Of a stretch of 64,000 nt of DNA, positions 55,142 through 64,000 are shown piece after piece (positions within the stretch are counted from its first letter, which is position 1; the number at the start of each line of letters is the position of its first letter). The DNA comes from Eledone cirrhosa (taxonomy: Eukaryota). Where the stretch lies: contig OZ024762.1 in assembly GCA_964016885.1 (NCBI GenBank), positions 3,162,001 to 3,226,000 on the forward strand. The letters run 5' to 3'. Both the position numbers and the translations under genes were made by a program. The notes under the pieces were generated by a model. The model was not told the origin of the DNA. It was given only the letters and a program-made list of their open reading frames with translations, and ran no database searches.

Positions 55142-56547
55142 ACCACTAACTACTACCATAATCACCACAACCACCTCCACAACTACCTTCAGCACCATAA
55201 TCACAACTACCATCACCACTACACACACACACACACACACACACGAGTTAGAACACAAAGTGGAGTGTGTGTATTAGAGTCAATATTATGTGTGAGTATA
55301 AGTGTGTGATTTTTAAAGATATATTGTGTAAAGTATCAAAGGTAGTGTGTGTATGCGTATGTTCCTGTGGTAGTGGACATGTACGTGTGAGTGAATGTAA
55401 GTTTGAATGTGTGTACTGTATATGTGCGTTAAAGCTATTTTGTCTGTGTAAAGTATGTGGCAGTGTTAGCGTAGGTCCGTGAGATGTGTGGATTTGTGAG
55501 TGCATGATTAAATATTAACGTGTGTGTGTATGTTGAAGTTTATATTGTGTTCGTGTAAATTATCTAACTGTGATATGTGTGTAAGTGTGTATGTATTAAC
55601 GAGTATGAGTCATAGGATAAAGGAAGTATGTTTAGTGTGTGATAGAGAGTATATGACAGCTGACTAAAGGAAGATGGATGGCGCATTAAGGTTGGGGGGG
55701 GGGTGTAAGGAGAAAATAAGTTGCTGTTGTCTCCACCAGCGCGAGTCTGAAGACACTGAGGTGGCGTGTGGAGTGGCCAGCAGATGGAAAATGTCAGATC
55801 AGAGTTGGGATATCCCAAAGATGCTCAGCAAATCTGTCGGCCAGACAATGGCTGATCTGAACAAGGTAGATAACTCCACACAGAGTACAACAAAGCACAT
55901 AGACAAGGCTGTGAAGGTGCAGCTGAAGGAGTCCCTAACCCAGAAGGACTGGTATTTCTGTTCCTCCTTTGTGATCCTGTCTCTATTTTGTACTCCTGAA
56001 GAAGTGTACATGACAAACTTTGTTTCCTCTTTTCATTATAAAGCATGAAACTAATAAGACTTTTTGTACCTCTGTTTGTTGTCTGTTGAACTATATATAT
56101 ATTAATAAAAGATCGGAGGCCATATGTAGTTGATTCAGGTTTATTTAAAACTCTGTTATACATATCTCACTGAGGACTATCAGTTATGGTAGCCTGAGCT
56201 CTTCAGACGGCAAAACCTAAAATAAACATTGAAGGTTCCTAAGAAACCTTTAAAAATCTAATAATTTCCCCGAAAAAGAATTTCCTTTTCCTGATACGGG
56301 ACGGAGGGTGGGGGGCGAACACGTAGTGTTATTTCTTCGACAGCCGGCCACCATCTGATCCCTCTTATTCCTAATTTCTCACTTAGTTCATTTATGCTTT
56401 GCCGTTCACGTATATTACTATTATGCATGCTCCGTTCCTTTCCAGTCTACGCAGGTCCTCTGCACGTAATGCCCATGTCTCACTGCCATGTAGCATTGCT
56501 GCTCGTATACAGGCATTATATATATAGTGTCATATATATAGTGTCAA

Positions 56548-56735
56548 GGGCAGTGGATTGGCAGTATCGGTAGAGGGTTTGATGCCATGCTTTCCAGCAT
56601 AGTTACGTCCCTTTACGATCTGAGTTCAAATCCCGCCGAGGTTGACGTTGCCTTTCATCCTTACGGGGTCGATAAAATAAAGTACCAGTAATGCACTGGG
56701 TAATTGCTGGCCTTGTGCCTAAAGTAGAAACAATT
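56548..56735 (+). mobile_element. tRNA-derived SINE family 1 (about 14 copies, e.g. 12485-12640, 13395-13600, 18113-18290, 24612-25045, 25914-26070, 26490-26675, 38610-38745, 42635-42825, 43740-43955)
   Basis: A box TGGCAGTATCGG, B box GAGTTCAAATCC, shared body GCCTTTCATCCTTACGGGGTCGATAAAATAAAGTACCAG, A/T-rich tail. Confidence 0.85.
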
Positions 56736-57200
56736 ATATATATAGTGTCATAGTGTCAAGGACTGGGGAGGGGGGGGGGGGGCTATTTCCTTTGAAACAT
56801 CTTGTGCAACTGTAAAAATATCTTTGACCCAATGTTGTATGTGGTGGTGGTAGTAGTAGATTCACCGGCAATGATGTAGTAGTAGTAGAAGTGACAGTGA
56901 TGATGATGATGAGTGTGTAAATGGTGTGGAGTTGGAGGTGGTGGTGGAGATGACCTTGGTGATGGTGGTGGTGAGTGATAAAGGCGATGACACATCTAAA
57001 GTGTACCTCGTGGCAATGGAAATGACGATGATGATGATGATGGGGGGATGGTGGTGGTATACTATTGTGGTAGTGGTAGTGGTGGTAGTGGTACTGTTTC
57101 GTCCCATCCCTTCCCAGTCATAGTTCTGACCAAACAGAAATTAGTCAAGGCACAAAAGAATTTCCAGCTGTGACCATCCCATCTATATACATATATATAA

Positions 57201-57231
<31 letters not shown>

Positions 57232-57351
57232 AACACACACACACACATATATCATCATCATTTTTAGATTTGCTTTTCCACGATTGGACAAAATATAAAA
57301 GTGCTATTCACAGTAGCGGGGTGGCTAGAGTAGCCATATGTGTGTGTATTA

Positions 57352-57412
<61 letters not shown>

Positions 57413-57447
57413 CACATATGTATAGATAGATAGATATATATATATTG

Positions 57448-57489
<42 letters not shown>

Positions 57490-57829
57490 TATACACATAT
57501 GTATAGATAGATGTATATTATGTATGCGTTTGTATAAAAAAGTGCAGGGCGATAAAACTAGACGGTAGCCACGGAGTAGGCAGACCCAGAAAAACCTGGG
57601 ACGACTTGATAAATTCCGACCTCACACACTTACACCTCTCCAAGACAATGTCACTGGACTGAGATCTTTGGCGCTACTCAGTAATACAGAAGACCCGCCT
57701 TGCCTAAGTACAAAGCAAAACCTACAGTCAGTAGGCACCTCTAACAAAATACAGAGCCCTGATCTCCTTGGGGGAAATTTCCTTGCTCAGTATGTAGGAA
57801 AGGTGTAGGTAGTAATACCATCCTCTGTC

Positions 57830-58382
57830 CCAAATGCAAACTATGGGTACACAAGAGATGTGGATCTCAGGAAATTTAGCTAAAAATATAGGTTTTACAT
57901 GTAGCTGCTGCACCGGGGCACTAAGCAGCAAACGAGAACAGGAAACAAGTGCTATCAAACTCTGCGAAGGTTCGGTAGACACAGTAGACAGGTTCTGCTA
58001 TCTAGGTGACCAAATTAGCAGTGGAGGTAGGTGTTCTTAAAGTACAGTAGCCAGGGTAAGAATGGGATGGAAGAAGTTCAGGGAGCTACTACCACTGCTA
58101 GCTACAAAAGGCTCTTCCCTCAAAACGAAAGGCAGACTGAATAATACATGTATATGAACAGCAATGTTGCATGGTATTGAGACCTGGGCACTGTGTGCAG
58201 TGTAGATTGGAAAGGAATGAAGCTTGCATGCTCTGATGGATGTGTAATAGTAATATACATGAACAGCAATGCATAAATGTACTGAAAGAGAAACTAGGTA
58301 TAAGTGGAATCAGATGCAGTGTGTAGGAGAGGAGACTGCGTTGGTATGGCCATGTGATGTGTATGAAGGATAGCAGCTGTAT
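57830..58382 (+). mobile_element. Decayed RTE-clade LINE ORF2 C-terminal fragment
   Basis: Translates VDRFCYLGDQISSGG..ARVRMGWKKFRELLPLL..ETWAL..RLRWYGHV with stops and frameshifts. Confidence 0.85.
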
Positions 58383-59847
58383 AATGATATATATATATAT
58401 AATATACATATATATACATTATATATATATACATATATAGTTATAATAATTATGAGCACCAAAACCCAAAGATTTATATACACATTATACACACACACAC
58501 ACATATTTGTAGATAAGGGAATACTTACCCCTTCTTATAAAGAGAAACAATGTGCGTTTGTTTTTTCTTCTTATTGTTGTGTAACACCACCTCACTCCAC
58601 TAGCACCATGTCGCGCCACTCCACACCACCTCACTCCACCACACATCACCTCACATCACCTCACTCCACCACACATCACCTCATTCCACCACACATCACC
58701 TCATTTTATCCCACACCACCCCACTTCTGTTGGTCATCTCTGCTTAAGTTCACCTCTGACCAATGACACAGAAGCAGATTAAAATCACTTAGGGATAGAC
58801 TGAGATGACTTATTTATAGCCTAGATATATATATACACACACACACATATATATATATACACACATATATATATATACACACATATATATATATACACAT
58901 ATATATACACACACACATATATATACACACATTCATATACATACACACATTCATATACATACACATATACACATATATATATATACACACATTCATATAC
59001 ATACACACATTCATAAACATACACACATTCATATACATATATATATATATATATAGAGAGGCACATGGCTTAATGGTTAGAGCATTGGCTTCATACTAAA
59101 GACCAGATACCTAAGGCCAGCGCGAACAATAACTAAAATAAGTTATTGGGATAAAAAGAATTGGGTGGAGAAAGAGAGACATGTAAACAAACAAGAATGG
59201 TGAATCTTTTATTTCAATACTCACTGATCAAGCTCCTTCCCATCAGAATAGTCCCTAATGGTGTTGTTTAAATGAAGATTTTCCTAAGAAAAATAATAGA
59301 AAAAATGAAAAACATTGAAAATCTGGAGTAGAATGTTCCAAGTAATAAATATCCATTAAATACACATGTGGATAGAATATATAAGATTTTACAACACAAC
59401 AAATATTTTAACCCTTTTTGTTAGTAGCCCAGCCAAAACTGGTCCCGGCTCTATGAAACAAAACCACTTATTTTAAAGAGAACCTTTTTAAAGAGAGAGA
59501 GAGAGAGAACCTCAATAGGAGTTGTGATTTGTGAGGTCGGTGGTTGTCTACTGCTCTCTAAATCTGGGCACGTCACTCATTTAATATCACATAAGTCAAC
59601 TGTATGCAGCCCCATCTCTCCAATGTTAGGTGAGACAACATATATGATGTGCAAAAAGATCTGCAAATCAATCTCTGGTCTTAAAAGGCATGTAGGAGTA
59701 CATAATGACAACATCCCACAAACATATATATATGTTCCGAAGAGATTGTTTTGGTAAAAGCAGGAGAAAGCTCTCAATATTCGTAGTTTGTAGTTATGTA
59801 GAAGATTCAGTATAAAGATGGTGACCTTACATGTCACAAAATTGGAT

Positions 59848-59938
59848 TTCATCTGAGGATGCTTTTCTCATAACAACAACAAATGCATGAATTACATCTT
59901 GGATTGCATGGGAGAACCGTTGAAATAATTATAATGAA
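59848..59938 (+). ncRNA. Type I hammerhead-like motif, third family, long stem II
   Basis: TTCAT-CTGAGGA-..TTTTCTCAT/ATGGGAGAA..-GAAA-palindromic TAATTA-TA-ATGAA. Related sequence at 33860-34085. Confidence 0.55.
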
Positions 59939-60025
59939 TAAACGATTTATGTAACATCAGCATCTTTATTAATGTTATATATATAAACCCATGCTAGCGT
60001 GGAAGATAGACGTTAAACGATGATG

Positions 60026-60065
<40 letters not shown>

Positions 60066-60122
60066 TATCATCATCATCATCGTTTAACGTCTATCTTCCA
60101 CACTAGCATGGGTTTATATATA

Positions 60123-60678
60123 CAGGGTGAGGCAGAAAGGTTGTCCCGATTTCAAAGGTTAATAAAAAAGAAACACATGATCATAAGAGAAAAAAACTTT
60201 GCATTTATAAGAACATTACATGCCATTAATTCTGTTTCAGGTAGTACCCCACCATGGCTTGGGGTGGAGATCATCGTGCATTTGTTGTGGAAGAGTTTCT
60301 TAAGAACGGTGAGTCCGTCGTAACGACGCAGCGTTCCTTCCGAAGACACTTTGCGCTTCGTCGCCATGATCCTGTACCGGATGGAAAAACAATTCGTCTG
60401 TCGGTTTCTAACTTTAGACAAACATCATCGGCTTTAAAACAGAAAAGTCCTGGCCGTCCTAGGTCCTCTACAGGGCCAGAAAATGTAGTAGCTATGGCAG
60501 CTTCAATACTGCAGTCTCCCAGACATTGGCAGTCACTTAAGTGATACAATTTTCAAAACCACTTAAACCACAATGGCATGTAATGTACTTTTTATAAATA
60601 GAAACTTTTTTCTCTTATGATCATGTGTTTGTTTTTTATTAACCTTTGAAATAGGGGCAACCTTTCTGCCCCACCCTG
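60123..60678 (+). mobile_element. Internally deleted Tc1/mariner transposon retaining the N-terminal HTH (DUF4817-like) of the transposase
   Basis: About 100-bp TIRs (CAGGGTGAGGCAGAAAGGTTG... / ...CAACCTTTCTGCCCCACCCTG) with TA on both sides. ORF 60254-60544 (RAFVVEEFLKNGESVVTTQRSFRRHF...GRPRS); no DDD/E domain. Confidence 0.85.
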
Positions 60679-60799
60679 TATTTGTTGCCTGGGAGTGGCA
60701 ACTATTATTAATTTAAGATTTTCAAAGGGTTTTATAGAGTGTGCATCTAGAAACTGGATAGAGAACAACAACAAATACACAGGAAAAATACATAAAAAC

Positions 60800-62115
<1,316 letters not shown>

Positions 62116-62248
62116 ATGAGAAAACAACAACAAAATAAATAAATAAATATACAAACAAATATAGAAATAGATGAAAAATAGCAGACAGAGTCAGACACTA
62201 CGAGGCAGATACGCGGACACCTGAAGATGAAAACATCTCTGATTGTAC

Positions 62249-62302
62249 CTGTTTGGGAGGATAGAGAGAAGAAACCGTTGATTGATTTGGTAAAGGTTTC
62301 AT
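62249..62302 (-). CDS. Candidate start-codon exon ([18 protein letters not shown]; exon begins at 62317)
   Basis: Strong pyrimidine tract plus cag acceptor at 62318, ATG at 62302, CAG|gtacaa donor; an upstream gtgagt donor lies at 62498. No homology support. Confidence 0.35.
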
Positions 62303-62578
62303 GGTGTCAGGATTTTTCTGAAGAAAGAAAAAGGAAAAAGAAAGCAAGACTTTGTTAGTTTATTAGTAATATTAGTAATGTTGGTTATTAGTATAACAAA
62401 TACAGCACTTTCAGGCTGGAATTCTAGCATTTAAAACAGAGTAATTAGACCTCAAATCACAAAAGACTGCCCTTTTTGGGGACAGCAGAGATACTCACAT
62501 AAGTACTGCCTGTGTAAGATCCTTGCCGAGACCCAACAGATGGTAGAAGACCCAGTAATTGATATTTACTTTGTAAAC

Positions 62579-63139
62579 CAGAGGTTCTCAAACTTTTGGG
62601 ACCACCGCACCCCTCACAACCAATACCCCCTCAACACCCCCTAACCCTATGTCCAGAGTGACCTGTCTACATGCAAATTGTAAATCATATATAATAAATA
62701 AAATCGTTAATTTATATATAATAAATAATATAATAAATTAGAAATAGAAGCTTTCGCCGTATTTTTGACTAAAGAAATTTTAAGCTGCTAGTGGGGTTTA
62801 GAACCCTCTAAGAAATGAAAAAAGATGAGTATCGACATACATGTACGTCAATACTCATCTTTTTTCGTTTCTTAGGGGGTTTTAAACCCCACTAGCAGCC
62901 TAAAATATCTCTAGTCAAAAATACAGCGAAAGCTTCTATTTCTAATTTCAAACTCGCTCGCTGTTTCAAAAACATAATATAATACATACTATGTATAAAT
63001 AAATATTATACATTTTCTTTATTTGGCTATATTTATATATATGTATCATTTGATATTTAATCTAGCATCTCTACCAGCGTCCCCTTGGACCTTCCCAACG
63101 CCCCCAGGGTGGCAGTAGAACCCACTTTGAGAACCTCTG
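62579..63139. mobile_element. hAT (Charlie-like) MITE containing a long internal palindrome
   Basis: TIRs CAGAGGTTCTCAAA / TTTGAGAACCTCTG. TSD not convincingly preserved. Confidence 0.6.
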
Positions 63140-63552
63140 ATTTAGAAGGTTGAGGTTAAGAAGTAAATTAGTAGAATTTATAGAAAGATAAGAAAACTCA
63201 ACCCTAGAAGAGCTGTTAAAACAGCCAAATATGCCTCAGAGGACAGGTACCAGGGACAAGTGGACAAGTGGTCAGTAGAGAGACAACCCATGAGGTGGGT
63301 GACATTCTTTATATTAAATATATATGAATGAGGACACCGACGGCTGGCTATATGAGTCAGGACCCCGACAGCTGAGCCCCTGCCGTTTCAACAGCTGTTG
63401 AAACAGCAGGAGCTTAGCCGTCAGGGTCCTGACTCATTCATACAACCATACTCTACTACCCCAAGTATTGAGTACTCTGGTGAGTAATGGTCTAACCAGT
63501 TTCTTACTTCCACTCTTTCATGCTACACTCTCCCAAGGAAATTGGTTGTTAA

Positions 63553-63770
63553 CCCTTTAACATTTAAACCGGTCATGTCCGGCCAGAATTCTCTCATCTC
63601 TTTCTGCCCAACCGGCTGTAATTGGCTCCTCATACTTACGTCAAAGTATTCTTCTCAAAATAAATAATATTAAAATCTCATATATTTGATATTATGTGAA
63701 ATAATTGTGAGATAAGGCCTTTACTACAAAAATACAATAGTATATATAGAGTAATGGAGATGCTAAAGGG
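63553..63770. mobile_element. piggyBac-type MITE copy (others at about 29695-29910, 47603-47692, 51793-51870, 52830-53047)
   Basis: TTAA|CCCTTTAACATT ... ATGCTAAAGGG|TTAA. Confidence 0.78.
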
Positions 63771-64000
63771 TTAAGACCTGAAGAGAGATGAGATCCATCA
63801 GGTTCAAAATGACCAAGAAACATTATATGTCTTATGAAGCCTCGACAACTCCGTCATAAGTTACAAGCACACACATACATATATATATTTGCACACACAC
63901 TCCAGACTATGTACTCTAACATGATACCCTGTCCAGGAGTCCAACACCCTTACCACTAAGCTACAAAGCTTCACTATAATATAGCACTACTTATTAAACC

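Noticed and set aside
56548-56640. tRNA genes suggested by A and B boxes
   Set aside because: No cloverleaf; each continues into a shared SINE body and tail.
60254-60544. Functional transposase gene
   Set aside because: Only the N-terminal DNA-binding part remains; the catalytic domain is deleted.

Overview
AT-rich, microsatellite-saturated animal genomic DNA. The SINE families and repeat landscape suggest an octopus or other coleoid cephalopod (inference). The window is dominated by one minus-strand spliced gene, a schwannomin-interacting protein 1 (SCHIP1) homolog. I traced eight coding exons by hand with GT-AG sites and consistent phases (53197-53120, 51727-50761, 16713-16435, 14749-14591, 13713-13642, 13361-13244, 12465-12372, 11946-11886). 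There are also candidate upstream exons, an alternative first exon and a 21-nt microexon inside the 34-kb intron. The introns hold tRNA-derived SINEs, RTE/CR1-type LINE fragments, Tc1/mariner, piggyBac-type, hAT-type and Helitron-like non-autonomous elements, and many minisatellites. The most striking unexplained signal is a dispersed set of minimal type I hammerhead ribozyme motifs (CTGATGA...GAAA, palindromic stem III). They show compensatory stem changes and a conserved C-C mismatch in stem II, and often occur as divergent pairs inside long palindromes in (TA)n context. They resemble non-autonomous Penelope-like/retrozyme remnants, and several lie in sense with the SCHIP1 pre-mRNA. Nearly all ORF-track entries are simple-repeat artefacts. 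Repeat boundaries are approximate and were read by eye.
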